Part shown: positions 28,220 through 38,172 of the stretch, piece after piece | Layout of the letters: every line of letters begins with the position of its first letter | Position numbering within the stretch: the first letter of the stretch is position 1 | Source: Alphaproteobacteria bacterium | Lineage (GTDB): Bacteria > Pseudomonadota > Alphaproteobacteria > UBA828 | DNA: 64,000 nt | Assembly: GCA_965220745.1 (NCBI GenBank) | Contig: CBDCQT010000013.1 | Coordinates: forward strand, 224,001-288,000 | Reading direction: 5' to 3' | Notes under the pieces: generated by a model | Databases searched by the model: none | Told to the model about the DNA's origin: nothing | The model's input: the letters and a program-made list of their open reading frames with translations, nothing else | Translations under genes and position numbers: made by a program

Positions 28220-29680
28220 CTACGCCGCCTGCTTCGACTTGAAGCCGTTCTCCTCGATCCAGCGGGTGGTGTCGTCAAGGGCGGCTGTGAAGCGGCGCAT
28301 CATCTCCTCGACCTCGGCTTCGGTCATTACCAATGGCGGGGCGAAGGCGAGGCTGTCGCCGGCGAGCGCACTTCTGATGATGAGGCCATGCTCGCGGGCA
28401 CGGTCCACGGCATAGGTCTTCACACCGAATGACGGGTCGAAGGAACGCCGGGTCTCCTTGTCCGCCACCAGCTCGATGGCGCCCATCATGCCGACGCCGC
28501 GCGTGGTCCCCACCAACGGGTGGTCGGCGAAGCCCCGGATGCGCTCCTGCAGCAGTGCGCCAACGCGGCGCACATTGCCGAGCACGTCACGCTCCTCCAT
28601 CAGCTCCTGGCAGCGGAGCGCGACGGCAACCGCCACCGGGTGGCCGGTGGTGGTGAAGGCGTGGGCAAAGAAGCCCAGTTTGCGGCTCTCGGCCAGCATG
28701 GCGTCGTAGAGCTTCTGGTTGATCATCACCGCCGAGATCGGCTGATAGGCGCTGGCCAGTCCCTTGGCGAGAGAAAGGCCGTCCGGCCGGATGTTGAAGG
28801 TCTCCGACCCCAGCCAGCTGCCGGTCCTGCCTGAGCCGGTGATGACCTCGTCGGCGAAGAACAGAATCTCGTACTTGTCGAGGACCGCCTGCACCTTCTC
28901 GAAGTAGGTTTTGGGCGGCACGATGCAGCCGCCGCCGCCCATCACGGGCTCGGCGAAGAAGGCCGCAACGGTTTCCGGACCCTCCTTCACGATCAGCTCT
29001 TCGAGATTGGCGGCGAGCCTCGAAGCGTAGTCCTCCTCGCTCTCGCCCGGCTCGCCATAGCGGTAAAAGTGCGGGCAGTCGGTCTTGAGGAAGAGGTCGT
29101 TGACCGGCAGGTCGAAATCCGTGTGCATCTGCGGGATGCCGGTGACGCTGGCCGCGCCGCAGGTCACACCGTGGAAGCCCATGAAACGGGAGATGATCTT
29201 CTTCTTCTCCGGCTTGCCGATGGCGTTGTGGTAGTACCAGGCGAGCTTGACCAGCGTGTCGTTGGCCTCCGAGCCCGAGTTGGCGAAGAAGACTCTGGCC
29301 ATGGGCACGTGGGTCGAGCCCTTGAGCCGCTCGGCGAGACGCCCCATGGGCTCGGTCGTTTTGTCGATCAGCGAGTGGTAGTAGGGAAGGGCGCGGAACT
29401 GCTCGATCGCGGCATCGACCAGCTCGCTTTCGCTGAAGCCAAAGTTGGCGCACCACATGCCGGCGACGCCCTCGATGTAGTCGCGGCCCTCCTCGTCGAT
29501 GATGGAGACGCCTTTCCCTCGGGTGACCACAAGCGGCGGCGTCCTCTCCAGCGCGTCGAGATTGCCGTAGCCGTGGGCGACGTGAGCCACGTTGCGCGCG
29601 CCGAGGGAATTCGGCTTGCTGATCGGCGCGGCGCTCTCGGTGCCGCCGTTATCGGGTCTGCTGCTGGCATCGTCCATCAC
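28220..29680 (-). CDS. Class III aminotransferase (omega-transaminase)
   Basis: NSGSEANDT, FHG, FFAEPVMGGGG, DEVITG.GRTG, AKG, GHPVA. Confidence 0.92.
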   Translation of the reverse strand: MMDDASSRPDNGGTESAAPISKPNSLGARNVAHVAHGYGNLDALERTPPLVVTRGKGVSIIDEEGRDYIEGVAGMWCANFGFSESELVDAAIEQFRALPYYHSLIDKTTEPMGRLAERLKGSTHVPMARVFFANSGSEANDTLVKLAWYYHNAIGKPEKKKIISRFMGFHGVTCGAASVTGIPQMHTDFDLPVNDLFLKTDCPHFYRYGEPGESEEDYASRLAANLEELIVKEGPETVAAFFAEPVMGGGGCIVPPKTYFEKVQAVLDKYEILFFADEVITGSGRTGSWLGSETFNIRPDGLSLAKGLASAYQPISAVMINQKLYDAMLAESRKLGFFAHAFTTTGHPVAVAVALRCQELMEERDVLGNVRRVGALLQERIRGFADHPLVGTTRGVGMMGAIELVADKETRRSFDPSFGVKTYAVDRAREHGLIIRSALAGDSLAFAPPLVMTEAEVEEMMRRFTAALDDTTRWIEENGFKSKQAA

Positions 29681-29824
29681 GGGCCGTCTCCGTCTCTTGG
29701 GGCCACCGGCGGGAGCGAGCGTCCGGCGAGGTCAGGCGTTTAAAGAGCACCGGGCCACACGCCCGGTCAGCGCGACCGCTCCGGCACCGGCCGATACTGC
29801 GGATGCCGGAGCGATATCGGTTTC

Positions 29825-30916
29825 CTACGCGGCGAGGGGATATTCCTCGTAGTCGGATTCGCAGGGCTGCGTGTCGGTGATGTGGAGCGTCCGCTGCTTC
29901 AGCGAGATCATGATGGAGTGGTTGGTCTGCAGCCTCAGCGTCTCCGCCTCTTCCTCGTCATAGTGTGCGCAGATCGAGTGCGGATAGCCGAAGTGGTCCG
30001 CCATCGCCGATCTGATGGTCTCCGAATCGAGCTCCTGCGACTGACGCAGCAACCGCTCCAGGCGCACATGGCGGTACATCGTGTTGGGCCAGAGCTTCAC
30101 CACTTCCGACTCCACGTCCAGCTTGCAGAAGTGGTTGGAGTGAGTGAGCAGACCGTCATCCGGGTAGATGAAGGCTTCCTTGTCCGGGCTCGTCTCGATG
30201 TCGATGGCGATGCCGTCCTCATGGGCGATGAGGAAGTTCATCGATACCGAGCGATTGGTACCGCAGATCGCCAGGATGGCCTCCTGCATGTTGCGGGCGT
30301 TCATGATGTCGCGCACGCGCATGCGGTAGGGCTTCTCGTATTCGTACTTGCCGTCCTCCGGGGTCAGCAGCGCGTTGATGACCACGCCGATGCCGTTCTC
30401 GTTGACGCCCTGGAGGCCGCCGATGGTACCGACCTCGCCGATGTGGATGAAGTCGGGCCCATCGTCCCGATGCACCCGCGAGACCACGGTGTTGATGTCC
30501 TTCACCCAGTCCCAATTCTGGCCGATCATCGTGTCGCCGTTCTTCGAGCGCTCGGGCAACACGGCGAACGAGGTGCAGGCATCCATGGCGGTGGGCTGGT
30601 ATTGCGCCTGTGCGTCGCTCTTCATCATGTTCACGAGCATTTCGTAGCGCACGTTGAGGAGGGTGATTTCCTCCAGGCTGCGGCCCGAACCCTCGACCAC
30701 GCCATCGATCTCCTCCCAGAAGATCGGGTCCTTGGGCCTCAGCGCCTCGGCCCACCTGGCCGATTCGGCCATCAATGCACCTTTCTCGAAGCCCAGAATC
30801 TGGAAGCGCTTGAGATAGCGCTCGAGGTTCTGGCTGATCTCCTTCGACATGATCTCGCCGTGAACGCGGCCACGATCCCTGGGATCACCGGTCAGGTTGA
30901 GCACTGGCTTGGTCAT
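29825..30916 (-). CDS. C45 family Ntn-hydrolase/acyltransferase
   Basis: RGRVHG, LNVRYE, autocleavage site ACTSF, GQNWDW, GVNENG, THSNH. Confidence 0.87.
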   Translation of the reverse strand: MTKPVLNLTGDPRDRGRVHGEIMSKEISQNLERYLKRFQILGFEKGALMAESARWAEALRPKDPIFWEEIDGVVEGSGRSLEEITLLNVRYEMLVNMMKSDAQAQYQPTAMDACTSFAVLPERSKNGDTMIGQNWDWVKDINTVVSRVHRDDGPDFIHIGEVGTIGGLQGVNENGIGVVINALLTPEDGKYEYEKPYRMRVRDIMNARNMQEAILAICGTNRSVSMNFLIAHEDGIAIDIETSPDKEAFIYPDDGLLTHSNHFCKLDVESEVVKLWPNTMYRHVRLERLLRQSQELDSETIRSAMADHFGYPHSICAHYDEEEAETLRLQTNHSIMISLKQRTLHITDTQPCESDYEEYPLAA

Positions 30917-31191
30917 CGATCGCCTCCTGCATGGTCCCGTCGTGCGAATTGATCGCTTGTTCTTTGCCGCACGAACGAGCCGGTCGAATTCGTTGCCAGC
31001 GGAGAATAGCGCGGCGGCTGGAGCAAGAGAAGGCGGAAAGAGCGCAACGGTATGGGCGGACCGGAAGCGGCACGCGCGGCTCTACGTCGATGGAGAGAAG
31101 CCGCGGCAGTGCTCTCGTGCTACCGTTGCGGCGTTGGGACTCGCCGCTTCCCCGAGAAGCGGGGAGACGGCTCCACCGGTCGGAGGCCGCC

Positions 31192-32052
31192 ATGAAGACG
31201 ATACCAGCGACCCTTTCGGTCATTTTGGCGACGGTGCTGCTCGCCGGGACGAGCGCCGCCGAGACCTCTCTCGAGCGGGGTACCTACCTGATGGACAGCG
31301 TCGCCGCCTGCCCGGTCTGTCACACGCCGTGGACCGAGGACGGCCAGATCGCCGACATGCATATGGCGGGTGGTCTGATGTTCGAGGAGGATGACTACAC
31401 CGCCTACGCGTCCAACATCACGCCCGACCCCGAGACCGGAATCGGCAGCTGGAGCGACGAGGAGATCATCACCGCGATCCGCGAGGGTAAACGGCCGGAC
31501 GGTTCGATCATCGGCCCGGCCATGCCGATCTCGCTTTATCGGGGCCTCTCGGATCGGGACGTGCAGGCGATCGTCGCCTACCTGCGCTCGATCCCGGCTA
31601 TCAGGAACGAGGTGCCGGCCTCCGAGTACGAGATCGAGTTGCCTGCCGATTACGGCCCGCCGCTCGGCGAGGTGCCCGAGGTCGCGTACTACGATCTCGG
31701 CGCCTACGGTGAATATCTGGCGGGCCCGATTGCCAACTGCACGTACTGCCATACACCGATCGAGAATGGCTGGCGGGACTACGAGAACATGCTGGGCGCC
31801 GGCGGCCACGAGATGGAGGGGCCCTGGGGCGAGACCGTGGCCCGCAACATCACGCCGGATTGGGGCACAGGACTCGGCCGCTGGAATAGCCGAAAGATGC
31901 GCACGGCCATCACCAAAGGGCTGAGGCCAGACGGCGACGAGCTCGGCCCCCCCATGCCTTACGCGCGCTACGACACGATGGATCGCCAGGACCTCAGTGC
32001 GATCCTCGCTTACGTGCGCTCGTTGCCCCAAATCGAGAACGACACCGATTGA
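31192..32052 (+). CDS. Periplasmic dihaem cytochrome c
   Basis: Signal peptide and two repeats with CPVCH and CTYCH, each followed by NITPD..TG.G.W and MP. Confidence 0.9.
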   Translation: MKTIPATLSVILATVLLAGTSAAETSLERGTYLMDSVAACPVCHTPWTEDGQIADMHMAGGLMFEEDDYTAYASNITPDPETGIGSWSDEEIITAIREGKRPDGSIIGPAMPISLYRGLSDRDVQAIVAYLRSIPAIRNEVPASEYEIELPADYGPPLGEVPEVAYYDLGAYGEYLAGPIANCTYCHTPIENGWRDYENMLGAGGHEMEGPWGETVARNITPDWGTGLGRWNSRKMRTAITKGLRPDGDELGPPMPYARYDTMDRQDLSAILAYVRSLPQIENDTD

Positions 32053-32142
32053 CAGCCGTCCGCTGCGGCATGATTGCGCCTTGACGGGTTAACGCGCGAA
32101 CAGGCAAGCTTCCGCAACTTTTCGGGACGCGAAGGCAGAACC

Positions 32143-33165
32143 ATGACCCTTCAGCAGGTTCCCGTTATCGACATCGCGCCGTTCCTCGGCGGAGAGCGCG
32201 ACGGCAAAGCGCGGGTGGCAGCCGAGGTCAAGCAGGCGTGCGAAGACATCGGCTTCTTCGTCATCACCGGCCACGGAGTCGACCCGGCGCTGACCGTGGC
32301 GACCCACGACGTCAGCCGGCGCTTTTTCGATCTTCCGTTTGAAGAGAAGATGACGATCGAGCGCTGGGCCGACGACGTCATCCGGGGCTACAGCCCGGCT
32401 CTGAAGGAATGCCTGGCCGAAAGCCGCGGCGAGCGGGGTCCGGGCGATCTCAAGGAATCGCTGACCGTCGGCCCGCCGTTCGTGCCGGACGAGCCCTACT
32501 ATCACTGCGCCGAGGCCGGCCAGCACTTCGTCGAGAATCGCTGGCCGACGCGTCCCGCCGAGCTCAAGGAGACGTGGATCGCGTACTGGGACGCGATGGA
32601 GCAGCTTGCCTTCACGCTCATGCGCATCTTTGCTTGCGCCCTCGACCTCGGCGAAGACTATTTCGATACGCGGGTCGACAAGCACGTCAGCCAGTTCCGG
32701 GTGCTCAACTACCCGGACCAGCCTGCCCCACCGCTGGAAAACCAATTCCGTGCCAGCGCGCACTCGGATTTCGGCGCCTGCACGATCTGTGCGATCGAGG
32801 ACAAGCCTGGCGGTCTCCAGGCCATGAATCGGGACGGCGAGTGGGTGAACGTGCCGGTGGTGCCCAATGCGTTCAGCATCAATCTCGGCGACCAGATGCA
32901 GATGTGGACCAACGACATGTGGGTTTCCACCCTGCACAGGGTCGTCAATCCGCCGCGGGACAAGGCGAACGACAGCCGCCGACAGTCGATGATCTTCTTC
33001 TTCTATACGAACTACGACTGCAGGATCGAATGCTTCCCGGCCTGTCAGAGCGCGGACAATCCGGCCAAGTACCCGCCGGTCACCACAAGCAAGAACCTGC
33101 TCGACAAGTTCCTGATGATGACCGCCATCGGCGCCTCGGGACAGAGGGCGTCCGATCAGCCATAA
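32143..33165 (+). CDS. Isopenicillin N synthase-like 2OG-Fe(II) oxygenase (paralogue 2)
   Basis: VPVIDI..ACEDIGFF..GHGV, HSD, STLHRV, RQS. A TTGACG-N18-CAAGCT promoter-like sequence lies upstream. Confidence 0.9.
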   Translation: MTLQQVPVIDIAPFLGGERDGKARVAAEVKQACEDIGFFVITGHGVDPALTVATHDVSRRFFDLPFEEKMTIERWADDVIRGYSPALKECLAESRGERGPGDLKESLTVGPPFVPDEPYYHCAEAGQHFVENRWPTRPAELKETWIAYWDAMEQLAFTLMRIFACALDLGEDYFDTRVDKHVSQFRVLNYPDQPAPPLENQFRASAHSDFGACTICAIEDKPGGLQAMNRDGEWVNVPVVPNAFSINLGDQMQMWTNDMWVSTLHRVVNPPRDKANDSRRQSMIFFFYTNYDCRIECFPACQSADNPAKYPPVTTSKNLLDKFLMMTAIGASGQRASDQP

Positions 33166-33231
33166 GGCGCCGAGCGGCGCCTCAAGAAACGACCAAGGAG
33201 CCGTTAAGGCTCGAAACCAAGGGAGGTAGAC

Positions 33232-34356
33232 ATGATCAAACGGGCGAGACTCGCGGTGCTGGCAACTGCTGCACTGGCACTGGCGGTGACGGGAATCTTC
33301 GGCCCATCGCCGGCTTCGGCCCAAGAGGACAAGTACAAGGTCTTCGTCAGCGTGGGCTTCGAGGGCAACACCTGGATGGATGCGGCGCAGAACCTGATCC
33401 GCTCCATGGCCAAGACCAAGGCCTTCAAGGACCGGGTGGAGCTCAACATGCAATCGGCGCGGGCCGATATCCAGACCCAGATCCAACAGGTCAACGCCAT
33501 GGTCCAGGGCGATGCCGACATCATCATCCTGTGGCCGAACTCGCGCACCGCGCTCAATCGCTCGATCCGTCAGGCGTGCCAGAGGGGCATTATCGTGATG
33601 ACCTTCGACGCATCGGTGACCGAGCCCTGCGCCTACCACATCGGCCTGGATCAGACCTGGGCCGGTGCGGGGCCTGCGGAATATCTGGCCGAAGAGCTCG
33701 GCGGCAAGGGCAGCATCATCGTCATGGGTGGCTACCCCGGCCACTACATCGATCATGCCCGCACCGACGGCGCCATGGAGGTCTTCGCCGCATATCCCGA
33801 GATCGACGTCCTGGTCCATGCCTACAGCAACTGGAACAACGCGCACGCCAGGCAGGAGTTGACCAAGATTGTCGCCACCCACGGCTGGGACAACATCGAC
33901 GGGCTGTGGACCCAGGTGGGCTGCTACATGTTCTCGCAGATCCAGGTCGAGGCGGGACGTGCGGATCAGCTCGTGCCCTGTGCGGGTAACGGCACCAACG
34001 GGCATCGGATCGCCATCGCCGAGCCCGGCACGGTGCCGGGTGCGCTGGGCATGAAGAGCAGCTCCATGGGCTCGCCCAATTGGCTCGGTGCCTACGCGCT
34101 CAAGGTCGCCGTCGCCTATGCCGACGGCGGTGCGGAGCCGCCCCGCTTCACCCAGGTGCCGATGCCGCTGGTCGAGCCGGGCCAGGTGGTGGTGTGCACC
34201 GAGGGGACGCGCGAGGAACTGCTCGCACGCAACTGCAACACCTACCATCCCGATCTCGGGGTGCCGCCGAACTACTTCGTCGACGTGTGGCATCCCTGGG
34301 TGAGTGAGCTCGACCTGTTCTCAGCGCTCGAAGGCAAGGTGCCGGAAGGCCAGTAG
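33232..34356 (+). CDS. Sugar-type (RbsB fold) ABC substrate-binding protein
   Basis: Signal peptide, GNTW, QIQQVNAMV, IVMTFD. Heads an ABC operon. Confidence 0.85.
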   Translation: MIKRARLAVLATAALALAVTGIFGPSPASAQEDKYKVFVSVGFEGNTWMDAAQNLIRSMAKTKAFKDRVELNMQSARADIQTQIQQVNAMVQGDADIIILWPNSRTALNRSIRQACQRGIIVMTFDASVTEPCAYHIGLDQTWAGAGPAEYLAEELGGKGSIIVMGGYPGHYIDHARTDGAMEVFAAYPEIDVLVHAYSNWNNAHARQELTKIVATHGWDNIDGLWTQVGCYMFSQIQVEAGRADQLVPCAGNGTNGHRIAIAEPGTVPGALGMKSSSMGSPNWLGAYALKVAVAYADGGAEPPRFTQVPMPLVEPGQVVVCTEGTREELLARNCNTYHPDLGVPPNYFVDVWHPWVSELDLFSALEGKVPEGQ

Positions 34357-34385
34357 CAAAAGGCCTAACAGGGAGGCACCTTCTA

Positions 34386-34419
34386 CCGTGCGGGACCCGT
34401 TGGCGCGGGTTCCGCACGG
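34386..34419 (+). other. Intercistronic stem-loop after the SBP gene
   Basis: CCGTGCGGGACCCG-N6-CGGGTTCCGCACGG. Typical position for an mRNA-stabilising hairpin. Confidence 0.5.
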
Positions 34420-34447
34420 ACGCCTCCGACAGGTCTGACGCGCTGCC

Positions 34448-35986
34448 GTGGAAGAGAGCGGGAGCGGGGCGCCTGCCGCATTCGAGGTCGTCGGACTAAG
34501 AAAGCATTTCGGCGCCACGATTGCCCTGGATGACGTGTCGCTCGCCGTCGGGTCGGGCGACGTTCATGCGTTGCTGGGCGAGAACGGCGCCGGCAAGTCC
34601 ACTCTCGTCAAGATTCTCAGCGGTCTGATCCGGGCCGACGCCGGCGACATCCAATTGTTCGGCGAGCCCGCGCGGCTCGGCGACCCGCGCACCGCGCACC
34701 GCGCGGGCATCCAGACCGCCTATCAGGAAATCTCGCTGATCAAGGACCTCACGGTCACGCAGAACATGCTCCTGCCCTACGAGCCCGCCTACCCGGGCGG
34801 GCAGGTGCGTCGGCGGCGATCCGAAGAGCTGGTACGCGAGATTCTCCAGAACCTCGGCCTGGACGATATCGACCCGCGCGTGGAGGTCGCGACGCTCGAT
34901 CTCTCCACCCAGCAGCGGATCGAGATTGCCCGCGCCATCTCGCGCGAACCGAGGATCCTGCTGCTGGACGAGCCGACATCGGCGCTTTCCGGCAAGGATG
35001 TCGAGTGGCTGCACGGGCAGGTCGATGCGTTGCGGGAGCAAGGCGTCACCACGGTGTTCATTTCCCACCGCATGCAGGAGGTCCGGCGCTTCTGCGACAA
35101 CCTGACCGTGCTGCGCAACGGCGCCAACGTCGGGAGCTTCGCGGTCGCCGACATCTCGGAGGAGGAGGTCATCGCACTGGTGATCGGCCGCTCGCTGGCC
35201 GCGACCTTTCCAGAGAAGCCGCCGCGCGCAGCGGGGGAGGCAGCGGAGCCGGTCCTTTCGGCCGAGGGACTCGCGGCCGGCGGCAGGCTCAAGGACCTGT
35301 CGTTTGAATTGCGCCCCGGCGACGTGCTCGGCGTCGCGGGACTCGAAGGAATGGGCCAGCGTGAGCTGTTCCTCTCGCTGTTCGGCATGATCAGGCCCAC
35401 GGCCGGCACGGTCTCGGTCTACGGCAATCCGGTCACCCTGAAGTCGCCGCGCGATGCGTTGCGGGCCGACATCGGCATCAGCCTGGTGCCGGAGGAACGC
35501 AAGACGGAGGCGCTGGCGCTGGAGATGACCGGGCGGGAGAACGTCTCGCTGCCCGTCATCGAGCGATTCAGACGTTTCGGGGTCATCGACACCGCGGCGG
35601 AATCCGCAGCCGTGTCTCGGGTCCTGGATCTGGTGCAGGTGGACCGCCGCGCGCTCCATACCGCCTGCAAGGTCTTCAGCGGCGGCAACCAGCAAAAGCT
35701 CGCCATCGCCAAGTGGCTGCTGACCGAAAATCGCATCCTGCTCATGTACGACCCGACGCGCGGCGTCGATGTCGGCACCAAGGCCGAGATCTACGTGATG
35801 ATCCGTGCGTATGCGAGCGCGGGCGGCGCGGTGCTGTTCTACTCCACCGACGTCTCAGAGCTGGTCAACCTCTGCGATGAGGTGAAGGTCGTCTACGGGG
35901 GCCGCGCGGCGGCGACGCTGAGCGGCGACGCGCTCTCGGAGCCTGCCGTCATGCGCGCGGCGCTTGGTGAGGGCGGGGCGCCGTGA
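34448..35986 (+). CDS. Sugar-type ABC ATP-binding protein (two ABC domains, RbsA-like)
   Basis: GENGAGKST, LDEPT, FISHR, SGGNQQK, PTRGVDVGTK. Confidence 0.92.
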   Translation: MEESGSGAPAAFEVVGLRKHFGATIALDDVSLAVGSGDVHALLGENGAGKSTLVKILSGLIRADAGDIQLFGEPARLGDPRTAHRAGIQTAYQEISLIKDLTVTQNMLLPYEPAYPGGQVRRRRSEELVREILQNLGLDDIDPRVEVATLDLSTQQRIEIARAISREPRILLLDEPTSALSGKDVEWLHGQVDALREQGVTTVFISHRMQEVRRFCDNLTVLRNGANVGSFAVADISEEEVIALVIGRSLAATFPEKPPRAAGEAAEPVLSAEGLAAGGRLKDLSFELRPGDVLGVAGLEGMGQRELFLSLFGMIRPTAGTVSVYGNPVTLKSPRDALRADIGISLVPEERKTEALALEMTGRENVSLPVIERFRRFGVIDTAAESAAVSRVLDLVQVDRRALHTACKVFSGGNQQKLAIAKWLLTENRILLMYDPTRGVDVGTKAEIYVMIRAYASAGGAVLFYSTDVSELVNLCDEVKVVYGGRAAATLSGDALSEPAVMRAALGEGGAP

Positions 35987-38112
35987 ACGGCAGACCGCTG
36001 CTGCCGCTGCCGCGATTCGATCGCGACAGCCTCCCGGCCGTGAACTGGCAGCGCCAGCGCGGCCTGCTGATCTCGGTCGGCGTGTTCCTGGTGATGCTGA
36101 TCATCCTGCAGCTCGTGAAGGGCGAGGGGATCAGCTACTTCGACGTGAGCTCCATCACCACCGGTGCGACGACGCTCGCGCTCGCGGCGGTGGGCGAGAC
36201 CATCGTCATCCTGGCCGGCGGCTTCGACCTCTCGGCCGGCGCGGTGATCTCGCTGGTCAACGTGATGATCATCCAGTTCCTCGGCGGCGGGTCCGAGTTT
36301 TCCTCCGATGTCGCCGCGCTCTCCGGCGCCGAGTTCATCGGGGCGGCACTCGCGCTCGCGCTTGCGGTGGGCGCGGCGATCGGGGCGATCAACGGCTTCC
36401 TGATCGCCTTTCTTGGCCTGTCGGCGATCGTGGTGACGCTCGCCACGATGTTCATCGCGCAGGGAGCGGCCCTGTTGGTGATGACCCATGCGGGCGGCGA
36501 GGCGCCGTGGGAGTTCAGCATGTTCTTCACCGGCGAGGCCATCGCCGGCGTGCTGCCCGCACCCATCATCGTGCTCGCGGTTGTCATCGTGCTCTGGCTG
36601 GCGCTGCGGAATTCGCGGCTCGGGACCGGTATCTACGCCATCGGCAGCGACGAGAAGTCGGCGCTGGCGAGCGGCACCGACGTGCGGATGACGAAGTTCT
36701 GGACCTACACCATCGCCGGCGTCTGCTACGGCGCCGCCGGCATGTTCATGACGGCCCAGATCGGCGCCGGAGACCCGCTGATCGGCGCCAAGTTCCTGCT
36801 CAAGATTTTCGCCGCCGTGGTCATCGGCGGGACGCTGATCGGCGGCGGTCGCGGCGGCTGTGTCGGCACCGTCTTCGGCGCGCTGACTCTGACCATCATC
36901 CTCACGATCTTCCTGCTGCTCGGCATGCGCACCTGGTACGTGCCGCTCGCGGAGGGCGCGATCCTGATCTTCGCCGTGCTGGGGCTCTCGATGAGCCGTG
37001 ACCTGCCGGTGGTGGATGTCGTGCGCGGCTGGCGGCAGGCGCTCCGCACGCGCTGGCGAGCAACGGTCGTGCCCTCGGCCGGCCTCGGGGGCAACGGGCT
37101 TCTGCAGGATCTGCTGGGCCGAACGGCGGCGCGCGGCGGCCCCGATCTGACCCGCCCGACCGCAGGCTGGTTCACCCGCAACCAGGCCACGCTCCGCTAC
37201 ATCTCTCCCACCTACGTCATGTTCGCCGTGATCGTGATCGCGACTGTGGTGCTCTTCGGTGAGAACCTGTCGGCGCTCGAATATCTCAACGTCCTGCTGC
37301 TGTTCACCGCCTTTCTCGCGATCCTGGGCCTGGGCCAGGGGGCGGTCATCATCTCGGGCGGGCTCGATCTTTCGGTCGCGTGGGCGATCACGTTTCCTGC
37401 GATCGTCGTTACCACGTTCTGCTTCGGCGAGAATGGACCCGCTTATTGGGCGGTGCCGCTGGCGCTCGCGATCGGACTCGCGATCGGCTGTCTGAACGGC
37501 CTCATGATCGTGCTCTTCAGGATGTCGCCGATCATCGTCACGCTGGCGATGGCCGGCATGCTCGAAGGCATCTCGCTTATCTTCAGCGACGGCGCGCCTA
37601 TCGGCGGCTCGCCGCCGGTGCTGCGCTGGTTCGTATCGGGCCGGCTGCTCGGCATCGCGCCCATCGGCTGGTTCCTGATCGCCTTTGCCATCGCAGCGAC
37701 GATCTTCCTCAACCGGACCGCCTTCGGGCGCAGGCTCTACACGGTCGGCAACAGCGTCACCGTGGCGCGGCTTTCCGGCGTCTGGACCGGCTCGGTCATC
37801 GTCGGCGCCTACATGCTGAGCGGCTTCTGCTCCGCGCTGGTGGGCGTCCTGCTTTCGGGCTTCAGCGGGCAGGCGTTCTTCGGCATGGGCGATCCGTTCC
37901 TGCTGCAATCCATCGCCGTGGTGGTGCTGGGCGGCACGCTGATCACCGGCGGGCGCGGTCACTTCGTCGGCATCCTGGGCGGTGCCTTGCTGTTCACGGC
38001 GCTCGGCTCGCTGCTGACGGGAACGATGCTGCCCGAGGCGGTGCGCAGTATCATCTACGGACTCGTGCTGCTCGGCGCTATCGTCGCGCTTCGAGAGCGC
38101 GCGGACGCATAG
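35983..38112 (+). CDS. Fused double ABC permease (two RbsC-like domains)
   Basis: The motif set GG.DLS, IVTLA, Y..G...A..SG, VV.GGT..GGRG occurs twice in one 709-aa ORF. Confidence 0.87.
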   Translation: MNGRPLLPLPRFDRDSLPAVNWQRQRGLLISVGVFLVMLIILQLVKGEGISYFDVSSITTGATTLALAAVGETIVILAGGFDLSAGAVISLVNVMIIQFLGGGSEFSSDVAALSGAEFIGAALALALAVGAAIGAINGFLIAFLGLSAIVVTLATMFIAQGAALLVMTHAGGEAPWEFSMFFTGEAIAGVLPAPIIVLAVVIVLWLALRNSRLGTGIYAIGSDEKSALASGTDVRMTKFWTYTIAGVCYGAAGMFMTAQIGAGDPLIGAKFLLKIFAAVVIGGTLIGGGRGGCVGTVFGALTLTIILTIFLLLGMRTWYVPLAEGAILIFAVLGLSMSRDLPVVDVVRGWRQALRTRWRATVVPSAGLGGNGLLQDLLGRTAARGGPDLTRPTAGWFTRNQATLRYISPTYVMFAVIVIATVVLFGENLSALEYLNVLLLFTAFLAILGLGQGAVIISGGLDLSVAWAITFPAIVVTTFCFGENGPAYWAVPLALAIGLAIGCLNGLMIVLFRMSPIIVTLAMAGMLEGISLIFSDGAPIGGSPPVLRWFVSGRLLGIAPIGWFLIAFAIAATIFLNRTAFGRRLYTVGNSVTVARLSGVWTGSVIVGAYMLSGFCSALVGVLLSGFSGQAFFGMGDPFLLQSIAVVVLGGTLITGGRGHFVGILGGALLFTALGSLLTGTMLPEAVRSIIYGLVLLGAIVALRERADA

Positions 38113-38172
38113 GGCCGGAGGCACTGAGACCGGACATTCGCCGCGACGTGGCAACGCCAGAAGGGGGAAACC

